From: Octopus sinensis
Lineage: Eukaryota
Reading direction: 5' to 3'
NCBI RefSeq assembly: GCF_006345805.1
Contig: NC_043004.1
Location: 37,262,001 to 37,326,000, forward strand
Length of the DNA stretch: 64,000 bases
A model generated the notes under the pieces. It saw only the letters and a program-made list of their open reading frames with translations. It was not told the DNA's origin and ran no database searches. Position 1 is the stretch's first letter. The number at the start of each line of letters is the position of its first letter. A program made the translations under genes and the position numbers. Below, piece by piece: positions 12,701 through 24,784 of the stretch.

Positions 12701-13235
12701 TTTTTAAATTGTTTTGTTTTTTTTTCGATACTTTCCCCATTGGCTACGACATTATAAATTCACTGGCATCAAAGGAATAATTTATTCTCTGATCCTTTTT
12801 ATATTTCTACATCCACAAATGCACATTCTCATAGAATTATTTAGAAACGCTCCCATCACAATTTCGATAAACACGATTAAGTCTATTCTTTATTGAACAA
12901 TCTAAATAAAATCGAAACCTGCCGGCATATTTGCTGAAAGAACTAAAATAATTAGGCTAATGATAAATATTCATTTATTTTCACTCCATTATCTTTTAGT
13001 AGTTAGCTTCATACGCTGCCAATAATAAATGTGACAATACTAAATTAACTATTTTTCTCATACAGATTGTGCTTAACAGTAATTCATTTTCTTTACATCT
13101 TATTTCTGACTTGAATGTGTCACCAGGCTCGCTCCTCCTCTCGACACATATATTGTAGCGACTTTTGTCGCCAATATTTCCACATCAGGATGCCAACTTT
13201 CTAGAATTAACCGCCTTTCCCATATTGTTTTCTAC

Positions 13236-13390
13236 TCAAGGAACAAGGCCCGAAATTTTGGGGGAGGAAGCCAGTCGATTAGTTCGACCCCAGTACGCAA
13301 CTGGTACTTAATTTATCAACACCGAAAGGATGAAAGGCAAAGTCGACCTCGGCGGAATTTGAACACAGAACGTAAAGACAGACGAAATAC
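13236..13390 (-). mobile_element. SINE family C, tail type 2
   Basis: Reverse complement of B box + core, ending in a CCCCCAAAATTTCGGGCCTTG-type tail. Confidence 0.85.
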
Positions 13391-13545
13391 CTATTTCTTT
13401 ACTGCCCACAAGGGGCTACACACAGAGGGGACAAACAAGGACAGACAAACAGATTAAGTCGATTATATCGACCCCAGTGCGTAACTGGTACTTATTTAAT
13501 CGACTCCGAAAGGATGAAAGGCAAAGTTGACCTCGCTGGATTCGA
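13391..13545 (-). mobile_element. SINE family C, tail type 1 (5'-truncated)
   Basis: Reverse complement of core + GTCTGTCCTTGTTTGTCC..GCCCCTTGTGGGCAGTAAAGAAATAG tail, the same tail as 4821-4990 and 46078-46232. Confidence 0.85.
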
Positions 13546-15438
13546 GGGTTCCGTTTATTTACGAGCTGATTTCTTAATTTCACCGGAGTATAAATATCTA
13601 TAATGGTGATACTTAAAAAAAATTAACTCGATTAAAAACCATGGGGAAGCAACACATTGTAAGCCACGCGAAAACATTTACCTGCGCGCAGGGTGTGTAT
13701 CGCCCCTCCGGCGCCTTTTTTTTTTTTTTTTTTCATTTTATATTGCAGCGTATTTCCATTGCTTTTTTTTTTTTTTTCGGGATACACAAAAAAGTGAACT
13801 CTTCATTGTATGCTAAGAAGGGAGGCGTTAATTTTACAGAATTTCTGCTATTTAATAGGACATGGCACGGTGTAACTACTCGAATTAGTTTTAACTCAGA
13901 ATCTTCTTTAAAAATGTATTTATTATGAAGTCTTTGAATATGAGTTTGCCTTATTCTTCGTGGCCTGGTTTCTCCCAGCACGTTGTACATATAAGCAGAA
14001 AAACACTTAAAGTGTTTGAAAATTATATTTCAAATGTTTCCATTGTTTGTTAACAAAGTTGTTTCCTCTGAAATAATTTATGATCGAGAACAAGACCATC
14101 TTTCTAGCTTCGAGTAAATATGGATTATTACTCTCACATTTTCACTAATTATAACAAAATTCTTTTATTGTGATCAACAATACGTATACATAATTAGACT
14201 ATGAGGCTGATGATCATCAATTATATCTATTTTGAGTAATTTTCATCTCTTGTTAATACGTTTGATTATATTTAAAAAGTTTGTTGGTAATAAGACAGAT
14301 TCGATTGTGCTTTTCCAAGTAAATATGTCTGAAGTGATACCTCAAGTATTATTGATATAATAATTAGTCAAGAAGTTTTTATGTAGTACTTATGATTCTA
14401 ATGAGTTGGCTCGGTAACTATCAGACAAGTTTGAGATCAATTAGTCGAAAATAGAATGGTTAAAGTATCATATGTTGGTGATTAAGACGAAATACGAGAA
14501 CCGTCAAGTATCATGTACCGCAGAATGTTGAGCTTCATTTAATATGTAAAATTCGAATAAAATTTATTCCCTACTCTCGATGCACTTTACAAGAGATTGT
14601 TGAATTATGGTTAACAGATATATATCGAGATGTCACTTATGGCTTTATTAGAATATAAACAACTCTTTCAGGACAGTTGATCAAATTTTTAAAATTGATT
14701 TGTATCATTTCTAATATTGCTCATTTACTGAATCAATAAAAAAAATGTATCAATCCAGCATTCAGTCGCCATTCAGAAGATAGAAGTGTCATAAAATCAA
14801 GAACATTGCAAACTCTATTGGTTTCTTTTCAAATTTTGAAGAGAAAAGTGTATGACTGAATTAAACCAGTTATATTGTTGTTGCCATACTTTCTGCAAAT
14901 TCACCATCTTTGAGATCTTTTTATAGTTGTACCATATTTTCGCAAAATTGATTCGTTAGAATCGAATATTTTAAAAGCAAATAGTATGCATTTTATTAAC
15001 TTTCAAGTGGTTGTTCTTGAGGTTGTTGCTGTTGTTGTTATTATTTAATAATAACACCCAAGGATGACAAAAGGCGGAGTATCCATGATCATTTCGATTT
15101 TTTCCAAGCAAAATATACCTTGGACAACACTATCGAATGCTTCGTTTGCACCCACGTAAACACCTATCCCGTGGTTACCTCTAAAGTGCTAAACGAGAAA
15201 ACTAACTCGGATAGAATTTGGAGAGAAAATAAAAGAGCGAAAAGTTGGAGTCGGTAGATCGTTGAATAGCATGTGTTGCAATATTTGTTTTACCCCACAA
15301 CGTTTATTTGAGATAAAAGTAATACTGTTTGGAAGGAAATAATGATATCCTATATGCAATAAACATACAGCTATAATGTGTGGGGATGCGTGTGCGTGCG
15401 TGCGTGCATGCGTGCTTGCATGCGTTTGTGTGTACATA

Positions 15439-15590
15439 CGAGATGCATTCCAGAAGTTTCGAAACGTTTTTAGGAGAAGCAGTTTATTGTCCTAGATTAT
15501 TGTACGCCTGACAAGCTAACATGGCAACTTATGTCATTCTAGATTGAAGGAGACGACTGTAGCAATATTTGAAGACGTCCTACTAAAACA
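15439..15590 (+). mobile_element. Mariner-like terminal fragment
   Basis: TA|CGAGATGCATTCCAGAAGTTTCGAAAC resembles mariner TIRs of the TACGAGG..TCAAAAAGTT type; the other end was not found. Confidence 0.4.
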
Positions 15591-15597
15591 CTGCTTG

Positions 15598-15833
15598 TCA
15601 CGGCTGACTAGTTTGTAAAATGTAGTCGGAACGTTTGAAAGATCGCTGTCCTTACCTTCGTAACGCGGAGTAGACGAAACAGGGACAACTGAAGAAGGGG
15701 AATATTCCTTGTGTTGTATGTCTTGTACTCTGTTTTTTCGCTGTTTGAAAAATAGTTCGTTTCCATGTTTTTGTTTTTATGTTTTCGTTTCTCATTGAAT
15801 TCAACGTGTTTTTGATGTCCTGTACCCATATAT
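15598..15833 (+). mobile_element. (TA)-terminated short repeat, family D (Penelope terminal-repeat-like)
   Basis: Second copy inverted at 30264-30432; ends GATGTCCTGTACCCATAT. Degenerate hammerhead-like CTGACTA..GTAGTC-GGAAC-GTT at 15604-15635. Confidence 0.6.
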
Positions 15834-15957
15834 GGATGTATATATACATATAGATGTAGGTATGTACATATATGTATGTATATATGCATATATTTATATA
15901 TTATTTATATTATTATATGATCGAACGCCACGCATCCTTTTCCAAGTAAGTTTTATC

Positions 15958-15993
<36 letters not shown>

Positions 15994-15996
<3 letters not shown>

Positions 15997-16159
15997 GACG
16001 TGCTTCTTTCAGTTTCCGTCTACAAAATCCACTCACAAGGCTTTGGTCGGTTCGAGGCTAAAGTAGAAGACACTTACCTAAGGTGTGCCATGCAGTGGAA
16101 CTGAACCCGGAACCATGTGGTTGGAAGGGAAACTTCTTATCACACAGCCACTCCAGTAC
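15994..16159 (-). mobile_element. SINE family A, 5' half
   Basis: Reverse complement of the family A head up to the internal (TA)n. Confidence 0.85.
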
Positions 16160-16167
16160 ACACATAG

Positions 16168-16274
16168 TGAAAGGAAGTGTGAAAGAAAGGAAAGAAGGAA
16201 GGAAGGAAGAAAGGAAGGAAGGAAGGAAGGAAAGAGAAGAAGGAAAGAAGGAAGGAAGGAAGGAAAGAAAGAAA
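16168..16274. repeat. (GGAA)n/(GAAA)n polypurine tract
   Basis: Direct reading. Confidence 0.95.
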
Positions 16275-16582
16275 TTCTAACCTCGAGATTTAAATAAATT
16301 TAAATTCATTCCAGGAAGAAATGTGTCAATCGATCAATCAAGGCGTTGAACAGATATTTGAAGTGTTCAATAGCAATTTGTAAAATATATAAAAACTCAA
16401 TAGTCTATCTAATATGTCACTCGCGATGAAAAAAAGAAACACTTCGAGAGATTTTAGCTGATGTGACAAAATATTTCGTTCAATTGTAATTAATATTCAT
16501 CCTTGAAGTTTACAATTGTTATAAAAAAATAAACACATAACTTTGGGGAATAATTGTATCAATTTCTTAGAATTGTCGGCTA

Positions 16583-16611
16583 ATGTGTGTGTGTGTTTGT
16601 GTGTGTGTGTT

Positions 16612-16670
<59 letters not shown>

Positions 16671-16688
16671 TGTGTGTGTGTGTGTGTG
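16583..16688. repeat. (GT)n microsatellite with GTTT interruptions
   Basis: Direct reading. Confidence 0.95.
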
Positions 16689-18027
16689 CACTGAGAGTGA
16701 GAGAGTCCTTGAAATATTTTGACGAATCGATTGTCTTTTGTCACATTTCTACACTCTCTCCAAATATTCTAATTGTAACGACTCATGACTTAATGGCTAC
16801 AGAGATTGGATCACAAGTAGGCTCGGTCACGGGTTCAGTTCCTAGACATTTTCACGTTGCTCCAGTCTGATAAGAGCATACAACCCTCTCCTCCTCCAGC
16901 TGGAGGAAGCGAGGGCTGAGTCAGGGATTGGAGAACCGAAACTCTGTCTATGTTTGCTAGCGATTGAACGGATACCTAAAAACAATTGCCAAGAGTATGA
17001 GGTGGGGAGTGGCTCTGAATATTTTATCCTAAAAGAAATCAGTGTTGTCCATTTCTTAATGAATTCAACTTCGAATCTGTAAAATATTTGAATTGAAAGA
17101 ATTGGAGTTTTTTTTTTAAATAAGGGTTAATGTAATAACTATCTCTGTTTATGCATATATGCATCTATAATCAAACTTTACCCAACTTGTATGCATACAA
17201 TTAAATAATGCATTAGATTTGATTGATTTCAAAACAAATCAAAACTATACATCCTACATATAAATGTAGTAGTAGGGGCGGATATATCGCTACAGTTCTG
17301 TGGATAATAAGTTACAATTCTGGATTCTAAAGGAAATCTTAAAAGATGAGTTATATAAGAAAACAGCAAACCGAGCGCAAGATGTGTGTCGTACCATTTG
17401 CACACTTCACGAAAACCCGATGAAAATGTTTACTACATAAAAATATGTGAAGAAATGTGGTACATCCTGAAATAACTTTAGAATTATGTTCAAAAAGAAA
17501 AACAGAATATTTCTACATAAACCTAAACATCTTTCCGAATGAGATATTCCAAACAGATGAATTTAGATAAATTAAGCATACCTACAACTTTCAGATTATA
17601 CGATTTCTAATAGGTTTTAACACAACTTGCTCTTAGAGGTTATGATGATATACATAATTTTGTCACGTGATGCTATAACAACTGTATATCATTATGTGGG
17701 GAGGTTCAGTTGCTGAACATTAAGAAGAGTCACAAAATACAATCCATTGTTTAAATTAGTTCTAACCACAGAAGGCAACTTGAACTAACATTTTATTTTT
17801 ACATTTTGTATATTATATAGAAATATCTTTCAAACTTTCATATGATTATTAAAGTTCCATCTAGTCCACTTTTGCTTTCATCTTCTCGATGTTGAAAAAA
17901 ATTATGAGCTGAAGTCGGGAAGATATGAAATGGCGCCGAAGAAAACTGAAGTCAGTAATTCAATGGCGGTGAGAGATGCTTTGCTCTTTCGTTTTTTCAT
18001 TTAGAACTAAAACACTGTTTAAATAAA

Positions 18028-18327
<300 letters not shown>

Positions 18328-21300
18328 GGGGGTGTGTATGTGTAATTTTCTCATTAATATTTGAAGAATATATTACGTATTCAAAATTTACTTCATTGAT
18401 AAAAGAAATAATTTTTTTCAAATCTTAAAATATGTTGCGCATTATCCCTTTTTAGCTGAAAACATTTAAAATTGTGTAAACAATACATTATGCAAATATG
18501 CCTTTATCAATAGCATTAATGAATTCAATCAGATCAAAATATACACGTGCGAGTTAATAGGAAATATGTTCGGTCATATCAGAGCGCGAATGATATGTAA
18601 CATACCGTTTGTACATGAAACCCTAAAAAAAAAAGGCTTTTAAAACGCCATTTCTTTTGAAATGAAACATTGATATTCATTTACTATTCTAATGTTTAGA
18701 TGTTATTTGATAATAACACTTTAAAATTATTCAATCCATTTGTATCGAAATTTCTATTTTTGTTTTTGTTTTTGGTGTTTAAGAAAAGGACGATAATCAC
18801 AGCAATCAATTCAATGTCAGGTCTAATCAAGGAATTTATTGAATTTTCTCTTGAGGAAGTCAGTAGATCGAGTTAGAAAACAGCAGCAAATTTTAAAAAA
18901 GCAACGAATTCTATCAAAAACAACCAATTTCTATTCTAGAAGTGGTTTGCAGTGTGTTTTCACGGGGCACATTTTAATAGTAATGAGCAGTTGTGGCACG
19001 AGTAATTGCGGTCGTTAATGCTCTTATGTAAATGTTAAATGAACTAATTAACTGTACCTGTTTGAGAAATTAATTGATAATAATTGAATACAATGAAAAG
19101 ATGACAACTTTTTCAAGTTCCATCCTGACAGCAAAATCTTGCTGCTTTCTCGATGTGATATATGATCAATATTCAAATGAAAAAATTACGGCAGGACAGG
19201 ACCGAAAGTGAATGTTTTGCTTTAAAGGTGTAAAGGCTTCTAACTTAACTGATGTAGTGGGCGTAGTGAGAAATCTTGATTACACGCCTAATGACGAGAA
19301 TAATGATAATACGATAATTAATTCTGATGCAAAAAGGCAAGGAGAGACGACCACGAAATTTTAATTAGCTAAAATTAATTAAATATAGATTGCAGTTGGG
19401 AGTGAGTATGATCTTTAGCAAAGGAAACTGTTTCAGTAGCATGAGACCTCATCAGCGAAACATATTTTAACCATTACTGCTGGCTGTTAGAATGATTACA
19501 GGGGTTATTTGAGACGATATACGGGGATACCTGTGTAAAGTAGTAAACGCTGCCGCACTTGATGTGAAAATTCATAAAATTTTTAACTAAATGAAAAATC
19601 ACTTCAAGATCCATTATTTGCCTTCTTAAGGATTTGAATTTTATTGCTTAGAATTTTATGATCAAATCAAAACTTACTTAACTAGTGTCCCTTGCTATAA
19701 CCAGCTACTACAATAGCTGTGTCTTATCAAATTAAGCAACATCAGGACCCCTATACAATTACCAAGGGATTTCGTTAGCTTTCAGTGTTAGCTTCAAGTC
19801 CTTTGTAAGCTATAGAAAAAGTCTGTTTGGAAATATATCATGGAGGACATGTGGCAGAGTTACCCAATCTGAAATTTAGTTTTTCAAGAATTTCTTTATA
19901 TTCCTACATTTTCAGCAACCAAAATAATGATTTTGTTAAGTAAATAAGCTTCTCGATATTTTAATCCTTCGCCACCCAATCTTTTGGGGTTTTTTTTATT
20001 TTTAACAAGTTTTCGGAAATTTATTTTTAACAATAAACTATTTTAACATTTTATTAATCCCAGTAATTTTAAATTTCTTTGTAATATTTTAGCTATCTAC
20101 TGAGTCTGTATGATTTTAATTGATTTACTTTATTCTAGATATATTATGGCAATTTCTGGTTCGTATAAACGTTAGGTTAATGTCTTTCGACTTATTCATC
20201 GTGTTTATCAGTTCTGCCTTTATTTCTCAAATAAACTCTGGCTTATCAACTGATAAATTCTTTACAACTATTTAACTGAAATCTATATATTTCGTTGTTC
20301 AACCTACATTAATTCATAAATTTATATATTTAAGTTAACATGGCTATTACCTATACAACTTTCATTATCCTAGGGTGCACATGTATTTGGTTGTTTTTGT
20401 CGAGGCCGCTTTCCTGACAGTGCATGGACCACTTTCTCTTTAAATTTTTTCTCACAATTTGATTTATTTCCTTTCATTTCTATCCTTTTCTTTTCATTCT
20501 TTTCCCTCCGTATCCTCCAGAATTTTGCAGAGAATTGAACTAATCTGCGATTTTGCTCTAAATTATTCTCATGTATTATAATTAGCGGTGCCTCGATTGA
20601 ATGGTGCCATCATTCTGCTAGTTTAGCAATAATCTTTCAGAATAATTTTACCAAGACCAAGTGAATGAACAACAAGCAATGAATTTAAAGTGATGTAGTA
20701 CAATAAATGGTTTTTAGAGCAGCGTCAGCGAATGTCTTTGAAATTGTTTTGATAGAGTCAAATGCCATGTTTGTTGCCTACTATCTGACGTATTTAAGTA
20801 AATTCTGCCACTGCTAGGTTTTGGTGACGAAATCATAAGACTTAATTACTTCTTTTGGGACATTACTGCCTTTAACTGTCCTTATATTTACGACCGTATT
20901 CCACTATCCATCCCTCTAGATTAACAGATTGAGAGAAGCGGATACCACTTCATTGTGGATATTACAGAGACATATAATAGAAATGCTAATACAACTCACT
21001 TATTAGTAACAGCTGCAACTAGTGTAGTATGAAGGGTGTATAGACGAGAATAATAACGTGTTAAGATGTCGGGCAAAGAAATCTGGCCGTCTCCTGGAAA
21101 CATCAAAAATGCTCAGTATCGCCGGTAGGAGTGTTGCTGTTGGATAGCTGATAAAAAAGAATGTCTTGGAGTAAAGAATGTCTTGCAGTAAATCTGAATG
21201 TAAAATATACAATGGCTATGCTATAAGTGTATGTGTGAGAGAAAAAGGATATATAAGGATAGATAAAGAGAAAAAAGAAAGAAAGTGATAGTGATAGGAG

Positions 21301-21471
21301 AGGGGGAAAGAGAAAAAGATAAAGACGATTTTATAAATATAGAGAAAAATATATACGTGTATAATATGCTAATGTGTGTGCGTGCGTGCTTGTGTGTGTG
21401 CGTGCGTGCTTGTGTGTGTGTGTGTGTATGTATGTGTGTGTGTGCCTCTTGCATGCATATAATCCTCAATT

Positions 21472-21502
<31 letters not shown>

Positions 21503-23129
21503 CACATAAATAATTATATACTCACGTATTCAAATTCTGAACCCATGAATTTAGCAAGAAAGAGACGTAGGTATACATGTAAATATAAATTGTCTGACAT
21601 ATAAAAATTTACAATGCAACATGTGTTATGTTTGAGAGAAAATAATTTAATAACAGTACCTCTAAACCCAACTTTCAAATTACCGTTACTGCATTTATTT
21701 CAGCTGTAATTCCTGAAAGATGCAATTCACTTCCCAAATGTTATATGTTTTGATAATGCATTCTTTATTGTTGTTTTACTTCTGTCGCTAACGTTCCATT
21801 CTTGTATTATTCTTCTGTATTCTTGAAGCTAGTTATTTCTCATCTTAATGCACTAATAGTTTTCTATATATCTTTCTGTATAGATATTTCAATCAAGTCA
21901 GAAAATCAATACCATTTTTAAGATTGTATTAAAATCTCATAAAAAAAAAATATGCTGATATATCAAAGAGAAGAGAGCAGCATTATTCATATTTTTTTAT
22001 TGTTATGGAAAGTAGCATGCAAAATATTGTTATAGAAAAGAAAAGAAAATTGCTCACCATTTTGATTAGTAATACTTTTATCACTAATACTCAGCTACAA
22101 TTTTAAAATTTCAAAAACAAAATATGCAAACCTAATAGTGATGCACAAAACCTATATTTTAGAATAGAAATTAGCCATAACCACTAATTTTCTTTCTCTG
22201 CCAATCAGAGTCGGAAATAAGCCCACAGTCTTCCTTGAACTAATATCAAATTATAACCCACAAAAACTAAAGAAAAAGAAATTCTAAAACAATTGAAGAG
22301 AAAATATAAACTAAAATACTCAATCAATATGAATGTTTTTCTTCTTTTATTTTTATCAAATAATGCTAATGATGATAGGTGAACATAAATGATTCAGATA
22401 ACATGAGAGAAAAACAAATATTTTACTTGTATTCATATACAATACATATCTAGCTGGCAGCTGAGAATTTTCTGTAATCTTTCCACTAAAAACTGACACT
22501 ATTAGATTATTTTCTTATTGTTCTGCGTTATGAATTTGTTTTGATGAAAGCACCTTAGCCAAAGAAAATTCTTTCCTCTAATGAACACAAACCTAAAGCC
22601 ATTATTTTGGAGAAAAGAAATGAATTTAAAGAATGCCAAAAAAAAGTAAACATATATTAATCATATTTTAAGAAGCACCCGGAGTGTTTTAGAGTGGGTT
22701 TATCTATGTGTAATCACATCATTATTTGAATTGATAACTTGGCAAACGCAATATACTATCAAATAACTTTAAAAGTAAAGAAATTTTGAAATAAAATTAA
22801 ATTCTAGCTTTGGAAGTGAATTAGATATTAAATATACTTTAGTTACGAACCACGAAATTATCCAATTGTGAAACAAAGATGTCTATTTTTGATTAAATAT
22901 ATTTTATCACACCTGATAAGACCCATTATCGGTTCGGATCTGTTATGTCCACAAAACAGAAATTTAAGAAAGCAAATTAATCAATAGTCTAAGATACTTT
23001 TTTTATTAAAATAAACAGTCATTACTGAATATATGCGAATCTCTCATTATTCTTTTATACATGCGTATGAGCATTACAATTTATATGTTAGTGTTCAATA
23101 TTCAGTATTGATTTCGAACATTTGCATGA

Positions 23130-23245
23130 GGCCAAATATTTTAGCAAGGGTAACGTCGATTAAATTGCCCTCAATATTTAACTGATACTTTATTTCATCG
23201 ACCACGGAAGGCCAAAATACAAAGTTGACCAGCGGAATTTGAAAT
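23130..23245 (-). mobile_element. Degraded SINE family C (tail type 2)
   Basis: TTTATTTCATCGACC..GAAGG..CAAAGTTGACCAGCGGAATTTGAA is the reverse complement of core + B box. Confidence 0.6.
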
Positions 23246-23469
23246 TATTATTGTCAATGCTAAAAGTTATCTGCAAGAAACTACTTGGGAGACTGACAAA
23301 GGAAATATGATCGTTTATGTCAGTTTCTGTTTTAGGAAGTGAAATAAAGCATTCTGGGAACTAACTGAAGGTTTCTATAGACTCAAAATTCAAATAATAA
23401 TTTTTAAAAATAGGTAAAATAGAATAGTAATAATCTGGAAAAGCCAAATTAAATTGTGATTGAAACAAG

Positions 23470-24045
23470 ACTTAAATATATCTAAGTGGAAGGCGGGAAA
23501 ACAATATAGCGAAATTGAATCAAAGATTTTGTCCCAGCACCAAATCTTCAATGGATTTTAAGGTTAGAATTTGTATCCAGACCGGGAACTATATTGTGTA
23601 TTATGACTGATACAGTCATAATGCACAGAGGATCTGTCAGACAATGCTCTTTATGAAGCAAATAGAGCTCCATCCAACAAGGGTTAAAAATACTCTGGAC
23701 TTCTGCTATCCTCTTTTTTTTTCTTTGATTTTCAAACAGATAATTATATCTGCCGGACAGCTGACCTCTATGGTGATACATTCATTTGCCCTTCTGTCCC
23801 AAACAACTATATCTGGTCTGTTATGTTTGCATTTGACAGAATTTTCTAAGTTTATTTCAGGACACTCTTTTTTGCAGATGGCATTGTAAATTGTTTTAGC
23901 AACCCCATTGTGACGCATAGGGAGGCTGTACCGTGAAGACATTTTAGGACAGCTGCTAATCACATGCGTTATATCTTCCACAGAAACATAACATAGCCTA
24001 CACATGGAGTTGCACCTTGGAATTACAAGAGCATCACTGTCTCTC
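23470..24045 (-). mobile_element. Non-LTR retrotransposon fragment, RLE type (R4/Dong/NeSL-like), C-terminal zinc knuckle + endonuclease
   Basis: CRLC..EDITHVISSC..RHNGV zinc-knuckle region and KHNRPDIVVWD..ITIEVSCP (PD..D/E restriction-like endonuclease) in ORF 23706-24053. Confidence 0.85.
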
Positions 24046-24229
24046 TTGTTCATATGTGTACCTATCTATATATGTGTGTATATACGGAGGATGTATCGTA
24101 TTTCTACCATAAAGGTATATAACTTTTGACTTCTGTTCGACAGTTGCCATAGTTCGCTGATACTTATATATAAATATATATATACATATGTGTATATATG
24201 TATATATAAGTACATATATATGTACTACA

Positions 24230-24446
24230 TATCGCCCACCATGTTCTCCAAATCACTGGGACTCATTGAAAGACAGCCACAAAAAGACGGAAAGAAATAC
24301 CAACCAACCTAGATGACAGCCTTCACATACTTCTCCTGGGAGACTTCAACCTCCCTAACGTGGAATGGCTTGCGGGCCACTTTCTCTCAGGTATGTCACT
24401 GCATGAACAGAGACAAGTAGACTCTCTACTTGATCTAAGTAAAAAT

Positions 24447-24447
<1 letters not shown>
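24230..24447 (+). mobile_element. APE-endonuclease fragment of a CR1/L2-like LINE
   Basis: HILLLGDFNLPNVEW motif, preceded by a degraded YRPP-like motif. Confidence 0.7.
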
Positions 24448-24537
<90 letters not shown>

Positions 24538-24540
<3 letters not shown>

Positions 24541-24738
24541 CCGCGTGTGTACCGTTGGCGATTTTTTTTCCTCTGTCTTCCCTTCTCTGGATCTTTCCTT
24601 CTCCTGTGTTTCCGACGAAGAGCTCCGCTCGAAACGTTAAACCATCCTTCATTCCTTCTTTCCTGAGCGTCCAATAATACTATATGTGATCCACGTCCTC
24701 GCGTTGTTGTGATTTTTTTTGTTCTTTCATGTTTGGAT

Positions 24739-24741
<3 letters not shown>
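24538..24741 (+). mobile_element. (TA)n-flanked short element with hammerhead fold (Penelope terminal-repeat-like)
   Basis: Bounded by (TA)n on both sides; contains the hammerhead-like motif at 24608-24642. Confidence 0.65.
24608..24642 (+). ncRNA. Minimal hammerhead-ribozyme-like motif (HHR1)
   Basis: Stem I GTTT/AAAC, core CCGACGA, extra A, stem II GAGC-TCC-GCTC, GAAA, palindromic stem III ACGT, predicted cleavage triplet GUU. Activity untested. Confidence 0.6.

Positions 24742-24780
<39 letters not shown>

Positions 24781-24784
<4 letters not shown>

Noticed and set aside
16862-16950. CTGATAA..GAAAC-TCT-GTC with the 16-bp palindrome TCCTCCAGCTGGAGGA
   Set aside because: Stem I cannot pair and the core is mutated; the palindrome alone is uninformative.
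17925-17990. ATGGCGCCGAAGAAA (MAPKK.. or PBS-like TGGCGCCGAA)
   Set aside because: The ORF ends after ~25 codons and no LTR or transposase context is visible.
21050-21100. Plus-strand peptide DVGQRNLAV resembling RuvC-like DxGxxNLA motifs
   Set aside because: Immediately preceded by a stop, very short, and no further RuvC motifs follow; likely coincidence.
22910-22950. CTGATAA-GACC..GGTT hammerhead-like start
   Set aside because: No GAAA; too degenerate.
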